From Squalus acanthias (Eukaryota): a stretch of 64,000 nucleotides of DNA. Below are positions 50,597-64,000 of the stretch, one piece after another; position 1 is the stretch's first letter; each line of letters opens with the position of its first letter. The notes under the pieces were generated by a model. The model was not told where the DNA came from. It did no database searches and saw nothing but the letters and a program-made list of their open reading frames with translations. Made by a program: the position numbers and the translations under genes. The stretch lies in NCBI GenBank assembly GCA_030390025.1, contig CM059432.1, forward strand, positions 77,192,001-77,256,000, given 5' to 3'.

Positions 50597-50901
50597 ATAA
50601 TGTATAATGCACGTTAGTGGTATAAAATGTTGATACCATTAAGGTTCCATGATCACAGAACTCATGAAAGACCATCATGAATGGGATGTGTGCTTTGCAA
50701 CCTAATTAGTGCAGATTAAGTATGTACTTTAAAATAAAGCTAAACTTTCTTTTTAAACTGTATTTTTATTGCTATACTTCTCTGTTCATAGGGTAAAGCA
50801 GCATCCGAGTGACAAGTCTGAAATGAGCAATCCCAAAGTCTGAAGACTGAAGTCTGGTGCACTCAGAGAGCAGTCAGTTACAAAGCCTATGGTAGTTGAC
50901 T

Positions 50902-51000
50902 TCACCTGAGGAAGGGGCAATCGATAGCTCCGAAAGCTTGTGATTTCAAATAAAACTGTTGGACTATAACCTGGTGTTGTGCGACCTCTCAATTTTGTTG
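50902..51000 (+). mobile_element. Penelope-like pLTR fragment (family 1) with hammerhead motif
   Basis: tcac-CTGAGGA-a-ggggc...gctcc-GAA-AGCT-T-gtga then aataaaactgttggactataacctggtgttgtgcgac. Confidence 0.75.
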
Positions 51001-54000
51001 CACAAGCAACATGGCAAAATTCATTACCCTTCCTATTCTTTCTTACAAATCCATTTCCTGTACCAAGCTGAAGCTCATAAATTAGCCAACTGAATATTCA
51101 AACACCAGAGCGAGAAAGACTCATGGTGAAGCCACTAAAAATGAATTGTCAAGGACAAAATATTATAAAACCTCCAGTACAGCATTACCCCAGTAACCAG
51201 AAACATCGTTTAAAAAATGCTGAAGTGATACCTGCTTACTGGGAGGCAGATCCCTATTAAAAACTATACATATTACAGTATAAATATTGTTCATGGACAG
51301 ACATGTCTGATTTACCTCATTTTAAAAATCTGTTGAAGAAAAAGCAGAAGATAAGATAAGATATGAGCTTTGGAGAGTGAATTTTAGCATACAAAACATT
51401 AAAATTACACTTCTTTGCCTGGTATTTTAATGGCGGCATTAAGTTTAATTGGCTCATACGCTAATATCTGTACAATGTAATTTCAAGGGCAACTAAAAAA
51501 GAATTCAAATGAGGTAAAAGCCAAGCATGGCTCCAAATACAACATTTCTAAACTCTGCAGTGACTATTACATAGTGTACACTAACTGTAATGTTCAACAA
51601 CCAAAAGAAAGGACAATGCATTGAACCTGTCAGGAGTCAAAAAATAGATTTTGTAATGCCTGTATATAATGAGGACTCATGCTTACTTAAGAAAAGCAAA
51701 AATGTAATGTGCTACATGTTACATCATAACATTATTAAGCCAGTTTCATCTGCATATTTTAGATTCCCAACATACACAGAAACAAGATATTTTAATATTG
51801 TCCAATCACATGTTTTAGCATAATAGATGTGCTGCAGCTTGATGTAATACATGAACCCAGTTTAAAAGCAAGGCTGTAATTTCAATGAAAAATTAACAAC
51901 CAAAAAGTCACTGCATGCAAATTACAAATAAAAATGCAAAGCCAATGTAATCAGTAGACAGTAAACCTAGCTCAAGCTGCATTAAACTGATTGGTCAATT
52001 TTGATGTATGTCCACATTATTTAGCCTGTAATCCATTAGTGTCAGTCGTCCATGGACAGTAGGCAGGCCTTAATTTCACGGACTGATACATGATTAAATT
52101 CAAGCACACCTGCACGATCCAAACCCTTACCCTTGTAGGGCTTGGCTGCACTAGATCACAGAGCTGGACACCAAGGGTAGCTAAAACACACAACATTCTT
52201 CATGATGAAAATGGGCTCAACTTAAGAAAAGCTTGAAAATCTAGTACTTTACCAAGTACATCTTTGCACCACATGCATAAATACTTGGAAGTGCACGGTT
52301 CATTTTGTCCCTTAACAACAAAAAAGCCAGGTGTAAAGCTTTTCTTATCCTCTGAATTTATTGGACTGTTTCTAGAGATATTTCTGTTTCCTCATGCAGT
52401 CCAGAAATATGATTGCAGTTCAGATGGATTGAACAAATCTTGGCCAAGGCTATTTTCAGTATTATCCAATTCCAAGAACAATCGCAGTTTTTTGTGGCCA
52501 TACTCCAAGCCATCTGGATGCAATCAGAGTTTCTGAAATTCTCCACACTTGTTTCTAAAATGACCAGAGCTGCAGATTTCACAGATTTGTTGTTAACACA
52601 TTTCATACAGCCTATTGTAGCCAATAATTCATTTCTGCTCAAGTTAGGCCTGTTCATGGATAAAGACCAGGAGTGGAAACGGAAATGTAAATACGTGAGA
52701 AGAGTGCATTTCGGAATAGACTTCTTTAGCAAGCTTTAAAAAAAATAGAAACTAAGGGTGCATTTAAAAGAATACTGCTGGGTTCCCACGGTGACTCCGA
52801 GTTTATCCAGTAAATAGCTAAGCTGTACTGACCAGAATGGTTCCAGGCTTGCTGAGTAAGCTGACCTTAGTCTGACCAAGCCTAAATGCATTTCAATTGA
52901 CCGCAATGTCCCTGGATTCAGGGGAGGAAAATTTCCCAGGGTTGATATTCCAGATTGCGGTCTCGCTGCCACTGGAGAAAGTGCACATGGTGACGTCAGG
53001 TGAGGACCAGATAGGGCTCAGCTATGATGCTTCCCACAGTTGAATAGCCTGGTGACACTCCAGCTTTCCCAACCCGCCCGCTTTCGGCGGGAATCTACCG
53101 GAATGAGCGACTGGTCTCCCGAGCGCTGCTGCTGGCGACTCGGGAGAAACGGTCTTTGTTTGTGCGGTTCAACGGCTATCGGGGCTTGCAACCAAACCGC
53201 GGCGTCTCAGCGCTGCTGGTCTCCTGTTATTTGGAAACACCGCTTCATTGCCAGTTGTGAGGATGACAGCATCGGGACAAGCGAAAATCGCCTGGAAACC
53301 GAGTCCTAAGAGAGCAACTGGGGAGGGAAGAGAGAGAGAGAGAGAGAGAGACACACATACAAACTGGGGAAAGGGAGAGAGAGAGAGAAATACAAACTAG
53401 AGGGAGAGTTCATGTCAGCCTGTGATGTGCGCTGTTGTACAATGTGTTTTGTTCTGGGAGTCAGGCAGCTTTGGTGCTTCTCTGAGATCACCTCCCTGAA
53501 GCTGGGCTTCAGTGGAGGGGTGTAGGATCAGTGAATTGAATTAGGGTTGTTTTGGTTTTGTAGTTATAATAACGTGCTATGTATTGTAAAAAGTCAGAAG
53601 ATTGTAGGAAAACTTCAATGATGTTTTTATTGAATCAGTGGAACTTCTTGTTTCTCACTGCGGTCGCTCCTGTAGAAACATCACAGAAGTAGTTTTTATT
53701 TAAACATTACTTATCCTTAAATATTTCTGTTCTTTGTTTTTATGTTATTCATCTCACTATAAAATGTTAAACATTTTATTCAGGGCTTGGTGATATGTAG
53801 ATACTCAACTAAGGTAAATGGAATGACATTTGCCAACAGTGGGCAAATGTCATGTGATTAAGCATCACATGATCGAATGCCATGTGATCAAATCTCCAGG
53901 AATATGTCAAACCAGAGTTGGTAATCCTGCGCCAGAGGTGCCCAGCACAGATGGAATTGAACTGCAGCAAGGGATCAGTACATTCAGGAGAGCATAGGGA

Positions 54001-54599
54001 AAAATTTAGAAAAAATACTGTTGTAGTTGTCTTTATAAATATTGGTTATTTATTTACAGGGAAAATCCTTGGTCGTTACAAGTGGTGGAACCTCTCTAGT
54101 GTTTGGACGGATACACTACAGGGGTAATTCCACAACCCTATGGTCCCAGCAGGAAGCCATGCTTACAGGGAGCTGGCAGTTGGAGATAGTGCTACAACAG
54201 TGTAGCCCTGGTACTCTGACCTGCGCTCCCAGTGAGTGGACTCATTACAGAGAACATGGGATTGCTGCATTACCCCATACACCTCTTCCTTCTTTTACAA
54301 AAGACTTAAATAAATTAGACTTTCTAAAATGAACATCCAAACTTTTGAACAGCATAGTCCTTCAAGTGCGGCAAGGGTCCCCTGTTCCCAAAAGAGAGAA
54401 TGCAAGTAGGAGGTGGTTGATCTGGATATGGATGGTTGAATCAGAACCACTAAAGTCAGCAATCTTTTGGACCTGTACATGTAGAGATTCTAGCACAGCT
54501 AAACTATCTTTAAGAAAGATGCATTTCTAGTAATTTGATGGAACCAAGTTTGCAAATCACTGTGTAGACAATCGGTTTCTATTATTTTTCATTGCTCAT

Positions 54600-55250
54600 T
54601 ACTTCTCAATAGGATGTGATCACCAACTCTGATTTTACTCGATGATATGTCTGAACGGCATGCTCCTTCAGTGTTGCCTTAGCATTGTGATCTTTCTTCA
54701 AAAGTACAAGATTCTGTGTTGCTCGTTTGATATCATCTAGAGTGACTGCCTTAGGTGCAGAATGTTGAGCTACCAAATTAATTACTTCCTTCCACTCTAT
54801 CCAAATAATGACTAATGGCAGCATCCGATCTGGGGGTCATGCCTGTAGTCAACAGGACCATCAGAGCCAGAGTGATAGTTAATGATCATATCATAAGACT
54901 GGACCTGAATTCTCGAAGGCGGCTTAGACTGTGGCTTGGAGAATATGGGAATTAAAGGCTTATGATCTGTAAACACCATAAATTATCTATCACAGAAGTA
55001 TAGATGGAATTATTGCATAGCCTATGTAATCGGCAACACATTATCGGACTGTAACGTTGCTCTGTGGAATTTAGTAAATGTCTACTATAGAGGATAGTTC
55101 TAGCTGCACCCAAGATCATACGGATAACTCCTAAACCCACTGGACTGGCACGAACATAAATCTCTGTTGGTCTATCAATACCAAAATTAACCATTACCAT
55201 ATGACGAGATAGTGATTGATTGATCTGAAGTAAGCATAATCATGCCTGTC
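54600..55250 (-). mobile_element. Highly decayed Ty3/Gypsy pol remnant (RNase H and linker)
   Basis: PTEIYVRASPVGLGVI, LNSTEQRYSPI resemble the DAS..GLG and E.RYS RNase H motifs; APKAVTLDDIKRATQ linker. Confidence 0.65.
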
Positions 55251-55264
55251 TTCCCACTTGAAGA

Positions 55265-55975
55265 TACTGGGTAGTTTCCCCACTTTGGGCGCAATTGCTG
55301 ATTCCGAAGCAAATTGCGCAGTTTTGAAAAGTGTTTCTCCCCGCCGAGTTTCTGCTCAAACTCAATATCACCGAACGCAAAATCTGCCATGAGCCAGTGC
55401 AATCGAGCAGCATTTTAAAATGTAACAAATATTCCTAGATATATTTAAAGAGTGGTAACTTGATAATTTGATTAATACAGGTGAAAATGGGTTTCACACA
55501 AAAAAATATTTTAAATCGCAGTATCAATCCATCACCTGTGTGAGTAACCCATTTTAAATTACTGAAAATGATTTTTAAAAATGTACAAAACTATATTCTA
55601 GTTAGATTGGGGTACAGTAGTCAGTTCCTTAGTAATTTTTAAAAATGTCAGTCATTCAAAGCATACCTATAGTGTCCTCGCGCCCAAAGGATCCAGCTAA
55701 TTTTTGGAGCCTCCTCAAAGGCCTGCAAGCGAGCGCAATTAGTGGAAACTCCCGGTGGTGATTAATTCACCCTGGGGGCGTGGCCAGTTTTGTGGGCGGG
55801 GCCTGCTTCTCACACGATGTTTTTAAACTAGTGCAAAAGATCGCAGAAACTCAAGTTGTGCTGAACGCAATTTGCGCTTAACGCAATTTGCGCTTAAAAT
55901 TCCACGATCTTTTGCGCGGATATCGGGGGAAATGTGCCGAAAAAACCAGCGCAATCGAGCAGAAACTCCAGGCCA
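55265..55975. mobile_element. Probable MITE (GC-rich ends, AT-rich core)
   Basis: Subterminal gcgcaattg/ttgcgc repeats at both ends; 16-bp tandem duplication aacgcaatttgcgctt at ~55865-55896. Confidence 0.45.
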
Positions 55976-56569
55976 CTACTTTTAGTTGTTAGTTCTCACA
56001 ATGGGTCTGTATTCGGAGTCAAATTGGGAAACCGGAAGTAACTAAGTCTAGAAGGCTATGGATTCTGACCTGTTACTTGATGCGATATATTGAAAGTTAG
56101 CATTTTATACTGCTTCAGACCAACATGTTGTAAACATTGTAATATAGTAGCTCTCCCAGTCAAGGTCTAGTTGGTGATACCAAGATTTCAGTCCCACTTT
56201 GAGGAGACACATGGGCCTAGAATTTTGAGTACAACCAAAAATGGGAGCACATGCATGAGGCGCACCTGATATTGGGCCTCGGGCCTCATCATCGATCCGG
56301 TGAACTGTAGATATCCAATAAGCATCCCCAGGCAGCTCACCGGTGAAGAGGAATCGAAGAAGATCGGGCCGCTGTGACACTCAGGTAAGTTGCTGATGGA
56401 AAAGCGATAGGGTCAAGAGGGTGGCAGTGGGAGTCAAGTTCATGATGAGGGGCGGGGAGCGGTGGTCAATAGCGGCCCACGTAGTTTGAATGTGGAGTGG
56501 TGTGGGCATCCTACTGGGCTATTTAAAATTAAGGGAATTCACCCCAACTCTGCAAATTTTGGTAATGAC

Positions 56570-57860
56570 TCCTCCATCATCATCGCTGGGTATGTCCTGT
56601 CCCACCGGTAGGACAGACCCACCAGAGGTGGTGGCACAGTGGTATACAGTTGGAGGGAGTGGCCCAAGGAGTCCTCAACATTGACTCCGGACCCCATGAA
56701 GTCTCATGGCATCAGGTCAAACACGGCCAAAGAAACCTGCTGCTGATTAACACCTACCGCCCTCCCTCAGCTGATGAATCAGTACTCCTCCTTGTTGAAC
56801 ACCACTTGGAAGAAGCACTGAGGGAATGTACTCTGGGTGGGGGACTTCAATATCCATCACCAAGAGTGGCTCAGTAGCACCACTACTGACCGGGCTGGCC
56901 GAGTCCTGAAGGACATAGCTGACAGTCTGGGTCTGCGACAGGTGGGGAGAGAACCAACACGAGGGAAAAACCTATTTGACCTTGTCCTCACCAATCTACC
57001 TGTTGCAGATGCATCTGTCCATGACAGTGTTGGTAGCAGTGACCACCGCACAGTCCTTGTGGTAGAGGAAGTCCCGTCTTCACACGGAGGACACCCTCCT
57101 TCGTGTTGTGTGGCACTACCACCGTGCTAAATGGGATAGATTCACAACAGATCTAGCAACTCAAAACTGGGCATCCATGAGGTGCTGTGGGTCATCAGCA
57201 GCAGCAGAACTGTATTCCACCACAATTTGTAACCTCATGGCCTGGCATATCCCTCACTCTACCATTACCATCAAGCCAGGGGACCAACCCTGATTCAATG
57301 AGGAGTGTAGAAGAGAATGCCAGGAGCAGCACCAGGTGTACCTAAAAAGGAGGTGCCAACCTGGTGAAGCTACAACACAGGGCTACGTGCATGCTAAACA
57401 GCGGAAGCAGCATGCTATAGACAGGGCTAAGCGATCCCACAATCAACGGATCAGATAAAAGCACTGCAGTCCTGCCACATCCAGTCATGAATGATGGTGG
57501 ACAATTAAACAACTAATGGGAGGAGAATCCATGAACATCCCCATCCTCAATGATGGCGGAGCCCAAGACTGACAACATCCCGGCTGTCGTGCTGAAGACT
57601 TGTGATACAGAACTAGCTGCGCCTCTAGCCAAGCTGTTCCAGTACAGCTATAACCCTGGCATCTACCTGACAATGTGGAAAACTGCCCAGGTATATCCTG
57701 TTCACAAAAAGCAGGATAAATCCAATCCGGCCAGTTACCGCCCCTTCAGTCTACTCTCAACTTCTCAGATAATGAAGCAGTCCATGCCCACATGCAGCTC
57801 AACCTGGACAACATTCAGACTTGGGCTGATAAGTGGCAAGTAACATTTATGCCACACATT
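56570..57860 (+). mobile_element. LINE ORF2 fragment with internal deletions (same family as 7750-8760 and 25831-26860)
   Basis: GDFNIHHQEWLSS, DNIPAVVLK, KSNPASYRP, QTWADKWQVTF. Confidence 0.88.
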
Positions 57861-58994
57861 TTTAACAAGGGCCATTGTCACTGGAAAGTTTTCATATAGG
57901 ATTAGTTCTTAAAATAGCCTTCTTGGAAAGCAGCTTCATCACCAGGGGAGTTTGCAGTGTAGAAGATGTCTGTCTATTACTCTTCTAATGCATAAAGTTT
58001 TGCTATATAACGTGTTATATGGGGGGGAGGGGGGGGGGAAGCAATGTTGGTAGCATCATTTCTACTCTTAAATTTGTAAGATGCAACATTTTTGACAGCA
58101 TTTACAATTTGCAATAAGGGGACTTCCCTGTATCACACTTTGCTCAATGTCACTTTAAAACATGTGCAAATTCTAAACGGGAACTCAAATTTATTTTAAA
58201 GCACTCTTCATTGTACAAATCCTTCCATACAAACACAGTTCATTCAGTCCAACCTTCTAATTACAGATCAATTGGAGATTGGATCTATTGCTCTGAACTG
58301 AATCTGATCGTCGTAATAATGGAACTTACAACCAGATGTGTACCTGGTGTGTACCACAGAACTGAAAACCATCAAGCAATTTAAAAAAAAACACACAACC
58401 CAATTTATACACATTTAATTGCCAGCTGGTTTCAAACTGGCAGATTCATCCTCCACAGTAACAGCAAAGTAAACAAATTTACATGGTACAATTTGTTTCA
58501 AACAGCTACAAATTCTGTGCAAAGCGTATTTAACAGCTGTCATGTAAATGGAATATTTGAGTAGACTCCAAGATGGGGCATCCATAGGAGAGCACCAAAA
58601 GGAAACATCTGTCAGCATGAGAAAGCAGCAACAAACTTTCAAAACGTTCTTCATAATGGAGGCGATTCAACCTACATTTTCACCATATTAAATATATGAC
58701 AGGGGAACTGACAAAAGCACAAATCAAAAGTGCTGTAATGAAGAGGAAAACTCAATATTTAAAAAAAAATAAAGCCAACGTATCTTTGCTCCTAATTACG
58801 AATAGCTATTGGGATTTTCCTTTGAAACATAAAAGGTCAATTCAGAAACAAATTGGTATTACACATGAAGTCAAACATAAAATGTATGCTCACTAAGTAT
58901 TTTTTCTGAAGATATTGATATTCACAGGTCACAACAGGAAGGACTTTGTTTTCAATAATATGTACTGTGGAAATTATTTTTAGAAAAGGACCAC

Positions 58995-59447
58995 TTCAAT
59001 TCATCCAAAACTCTGCTGCCCATATCCCATCTATCAAGTCCTGCTCACCTAGAAACCCATCCTTAGTGTCTTACATTGGCTCCCCTGTCCTACACCAGCT
59101 CCAATTTAAAATTTTCACCCTCTTATTAAATCCCTTCATGGCCTCGCCCCTCCCTAACCCTATAACCTCTTCCAGCACTACAACCCCCACCGCACTCTGG
59201 CCTCGTGTAGCCCCCCCGCCCTTTGTCCCAGCACTGGTGGCCGGGCCTTCAATCATGTAGGCCCCATGCTCCAGAATTCCTTCTTTAAACCTCCCTCAAG
59301 ACCCTCCTTAAAACCCACCTTTGTCAACCCTCTTAATATCTCCTTCTTTGGCTCGGCGTCCAGATTTGTCTAATTATGCCTCTGAGAAGCACCTAGTGAT
59401 GTTTTTCTACATTAAAAAAGATACCATACAAATGCAAGTTGTTGTTT
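58995..59447 (+). mobile_element. Old L2 3' fragment
   Basis: IQNSAAHI; tail aaatgcaagttgttgtt. Confidence 0.75.
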
Positions 59448-60217
59448 GTAGGAGTCACCATTAAAAAAGGACCAGAAAGAAGATACACAAGGTAAGGCAA
59501 TTCTTAAACCTATCTAAACTCATAAAACATCAGATAGCCTAACCCTGAAAATCCAAGAGTTCTACTCTGCTGCCATAAAAATGGTGGCGTGGGACTTCGG
59601 GCCATTAGCCAGTAGTGCCCATGCTGGAGATCAAAGGCATTAGCATAAGTAGGTGGGCACCTACACTATTTGCAGTGCAGCTAGGCCACTGCATCGAAGA
59701 GTTGGCGGTGCGAGATGAAGATCCTTAAAGCAGCTCGTTTGCCCAAAAGGCCAGTCTCCTTACAGCAACCAATCACTCCACGATCGGTTGGCCAAAAGAA
59801 CTTGGCCTCATTTTCACCAGGTTAAGATCCTGGCACATTTTGTATGTCTGCTTCTTGCAGAGACTGATGTGGATTTTGAGCCTAAATCTTGGCCCTCGAG
59901 TTCTAGACAAAAATGTTTGCTTCCAGACAGTAACCCGCAGCTCTATATGATAACACCGAACATGTATTCAGTAGAAAGCATTCTTGCTTTGGAAGTGAAT
60001 ACTGAATGGGATATGCTGATTATATTAAATATAGGGCTGGTTTTTCCAAAGTGGGTGCTCTAGGCACAGAGTTTTTTAAAAAATCCTACATATTACAAGA
60101 AATTCTTTTTCAATTTTAGTTCAAGTCAGCAAGTTGTCAACTTCTCCAAAGCACTTAAATGTGGTAAATGTTTGGAAGCAGTAAGACAGAAACACACGTG
60201 CACACACACACACACGA

Positions 60218-60552
60218 TACAGAGAGAATGTTTCCACTTGTGGGGAAGAGCAAAACTAAAGGCTATCAATATAAGATAGTCACCAAGAAATCAAATAGGG
60301 AATTCAGAAGAAACTTCTTTACCCAAAGAGTGGTGAGAATGTGGAACTCGCTACCACAGGGACTGGTTGAAGCGAATAGTATAGATGCATTTAAGGGGAG
60401 GCTAGACAAGCATATATGAGGGAAAAGGGAATAGAGGGTTATGCTGATAAGAGTTAGATGAGGAAAGACGGGAGGAGGAACATAAACGCCGGCATAGACT
60501 GGTTGGGCCAATTGGCCCGTTTCTGTGCTGTATATCCCATGTAATCCTATGT
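60218..60552 (+). mobile_element. CR1 3' fragment
   Basis: RRNFFTQRVVRMWNSLP...FKGRLDK followed by a CR1-type 3' UTR. Confidence 0.88.
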
Positions 60553-62779
60553 AAAGGGAGTCTAGCCAGCGGTGCAATTAACTTGGAACAGGAAAACCAG
60601 CGAAACAGCAATTTCTGCACCCCTTTAGAGGGAGTGCTTTTTAAAAAAAAAAATCATCACTTTGCTGGTAAGGGAACAGAGGCAAGGAGGAATATGGGGG
60701 AAAATCCCTCTTTTGAAGAGGACACCTCAGAGGTTTTGCTGCAAGAGATTCAGAAGAGGAGAATGCCAATCTCCTGTCAAAGCAGTGGTTGCAGCTGCTT
60801 GGATGGAGTTTGATGGGATAGTGAATGATGAGGAAGATGTTTTGTGCTATCAGGAGGAGTCCCAAAGTAAGTGCGTCAGGCCAGGATTAGACTTGCACCC
60901 ATTCATATGGGTGAGATGAATGCTGGGGCGGAAATCACCCAAAGAAATTTGGATGGGACTTGATCACCATAATAAAGTGTATTACAATGAGTCTGGTGTT
61001 GGCCATCAGCCTCCCTTGCCATGAAGTATAGCACACTGAAAATCAGGAATACAGCCCCTCTTGCTTGATTCCCTGGCCCGTGCTTGTTCCCCAACGAAGC
61101 TCCAGACAGCTAGTGGAAACTCAGAAAATCATGATTATACAGTTTGCAACCAACCAGTTATTTTATTTTGTCAGTGGTAGATTTTATGGAAAATAGTGAC
61201 GAGCTCTTGTAATTGAAGCAAGTACTTTGAACGCAAGTGTTATTGTACCCCATATTTTCAACTGCATTGATATTAGACTTTAATGACATTGTGGGTAAAT
61301 AGCATATGCTGTGTACTTTAGGACAAATTCATGCTCCCATTAGGACCAGAAATCTAGAACTCTTGCGCAAAGGTCAGAGGTCCCTACAAGATTTTTAATG
61401 CAACACACTGAATCTTCTCCTCCTCCTCCCCCCTCCCCCCCCCGCCCTGCAAGTTCCATATGTGATCCCAGCAGGCGATGCTCCACATCCAAAGTTGGAA
61501 AATTGACCCTTTATTTATCTAATGTATCAAATAGCTGCTCTAGAAGAAAAAATAAATTGTTTTGCACAACTCAGGTTTAAAAATAATTTGAACTGCTAGC
61601 TTACGATTCATTGCAAACTAAAAGGTAACATCCAAATATAGTGACCGTCTTCATAACTGTGTTGGACCTACTAAAATTTCTGCCTTCTTCCAATCTGCCT
61701 TCCCAATTGGTTGATGCAAATAACTTAAGTTTGTCAAATTTACCACGGCTAAAATAGCATTGTGGAAGAACTAACCATGTATAGCAACCAGGAGTTTCAC
61801 TTGTGCTTAACAATTACATTTTCTGCCGTCTGCCCATCACTGTTCTGGTCTGCAGAACAGACACTCAAAATAATTATGATATGAACATCACTTCTAGCAT
61901 CCAGGTGCACATCACAGCACTTTCCTTGCTGCAGGGTTGCTTGCAGTTGTCTGCTCCTGATTAGTTTGGGACTTTTGTACTGAATTTCCTGTACCTTACA
62001 CCCCTTGTGCACCACCTCCCAGGGCAATAGGGACAGGAAAAAGGGGCCGAGACCCATAATGCATATGTCATGTATTTGTGAGATTGAGATAGGTGGGGAG
62101 GGAGTATTTAGATCCTATGTAAATGATGCGGACGGGACATCACAATGCCTTCTGAACCCTAACTCCAGAGATACTGGTGGGCGGATGCCTGGGTTGAAGG
62201 CCCCCAGTGGAAAGTGTCGTTCAGATTAGATGGTAAAGCGGCAGCCAGTAACCTCCACTTACCTCAGATAGGGCCACTTTTGGTCTTGTCAAGTGCACCA
62301 GGGCCAAGCGTGCACTGTGATATGACTGTAGGAACACAGGTTCTTGCCCCAATTTGTACATCCAAGGCAGTAGTCCCACCTGACAGTTGCCCAAAACATG
62401 CAATGGGCTGAAATCAAAAACAGCTGGAAGTCAATTGAAAAGAAAAAATCGGGAGAGATGTATAAAAGGTGATTGATCAGATATTGCCAATTTCACACAT
62501 CAACTAAAGTCAAAATTACCCCCAGCTGATTTCCAACCTCTACAGACACAGAAGGTTTGGAGAAAGGTTGAATGCAATGTCTAAAAAAACAAAAATGAAT
62601 GAATATTACTGTGAAATTGCCATGTGTACAGAGCTCCTGTCATCATATTATCCCAACGTCTGTGCGTGGTGACAAAAGTGAACTGAAAGGAGAAAAATAC
62701 AGACAGCAGTGTTGTATCAAGCCACCTGGATCTGTATTGTATTCCCTCAGGCTATTAGAGTACAAAAGAGAGGGACAAT

Positions 62780-63515
62780 GGCCCGGACTTTGTGGACAGC
62801 AGCAAAGCAAAGGAGTTCGCTGCTGGCCCCGGAGTATGCTTTGCACAAGGATCTCCTGATCTGTGTCGAGAACTTCGGGTTTCCGACTTTCAATTCAACG
62901 GACGTTAATGGGGATTCCCTAGTGCGAACTGCTGTGATGTCAACAAGCTGTCTGAGCAGCCAATCAAAAGGTAGAATTCTCACAGACAGCGAACAAGGAA
63001 GTGAGTAAGCTCTTAAAATTTTAACTTTTTAAAAATGTTAGAGAGAGCAAAACAAACCTGGGGCACTCATGGGGAAAAGGCAAACCTGAAATAAAGAGGA
63101 CAAACATTTAAAAAATGTAAATATTTTTGAAAAGTTTCTTAATTTTAATTTTTATTAAAATGGAAACATTTCATACTGCACAAAATTAAAGTTAGTTTTC
63201 CAGGTCCTTAACATTTGTTTAGCAGTAATAACACTGTCAAAACCCCAGTTACACCTCATCCCTTTGGGTCTAATTTTTAATGGGGAATTTAACAGCGTAC
63301 TTACTGCGGAAGAGCCGAAGTTTTTGTCAGTTTCAATGATTTGGCTGATTACACAGATTGCCGGCTCTGTGCCTGTTTTGGAGCGTTCAATGACTGACCG
63401 CAACTTCTGGATTTCCGCGTGCGCATGCACCAAATCCCGAAGTTGTGGTCAGTTCCAAAGGCGGAATGACGGCAAACGCTGACAGTTCACAGTCATTCCG
63501 ACTGCAAATTCCGGG
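62780..63515. mobile_element. Probable MITE
   Basis: Ends ggcccggactttg ... caaattccgggc; GC-rich termini with AT-rich centre, architecture like 27254-27964. Confidence 0.45.
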
Positions 63516-64000
63516 CAAATATTCATTCAACCTTTGGGTCTAATGAGATCAGGTAAATGTTGCAACATGTTGGGGGTAGATATCCCCCCTCCCCTGGTGG
63601 AATTTAAGTGGCTGGCCAGGATAACGCACCTGCCGGCCGCCCCATAGTCCCAATGGGAGGCAAACCCATTTTAAGGGCGGGGCCTCATTAGCAATGGGCT
63701 GGCAGACTGCAGGCACAGATTGAGCACTCAACTCAGGGCCACTACACTATCAGGTGACCTGGCCGGCCGGCCTCCCAAGTTACAATTATGTAGATTCATG
63801 AGTGGGGTGGGGGGAGAAACGGGACGGAGACTTCGATCTCAGTAGAGGGGGAAGCTGGAGTGGCAGCTGGTTTTGTGGAGCCTGGGGAGCACACCTGCTC
63901 CTCCTGTCCCCCCATAAATAATGTAAAAATGACCCGTCGGCTCCTCTTCGGCCCAGCCTCCAGCTGATACTGTGCGGAGCATGCGTAGTGCACACTCTGC

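Noticed and set aside
52358..52739. Overlapping 108-124 aa ORFs in unique DNA
   Set aside because: No recognisable domain or consistent splice phase; kept only as a weak exon candidate.
1..64000. CRISPR arrays, operons or other prokaryotic systems
   Set aside because: Sequence is eukaryotic repeat-rich DNA; no regularly spaced direct repeats or gene-dense region seen.

Overview
Repeat-dense vertebrate genomic DNA, most consistent with a cartilaginous fish (shark-type CR1/L2 LINEs, a DeuSINE, Penelope-like LTR fragments and Harbinger transposons). I found no intact host protein-coding gene, only a few weak minus-strand candidate exons. The window holds: (i) decayed L2, CR1, Tx1 and a second CR1-group LINE family; (ii) three decayed two-gene PIF/Harbinger transposons (HARBI1-type DDE transposase plus an intron-containing Myb/SANT gene) and many Harbinger-type MITEs; (iii) a disrupted GalEa-like Copia element, a Gypsy pol remnant and two solo LTRs; (iv) two tRNA-derived SINE families; (v) two families of short non-coding Penelope-like inserts carrying minimal type-I hammerhead ribozyme motifs with compensatory stem changes. 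The most striking structure is a ~734-bp loop-less palindrome (1997-2730) with outward-facing hammerheads, nested with target-site duplications inside a related element, which is itself inside a MITE. Family assignments come from motif recognition by eye, not database searches; many boundaries are approximate.
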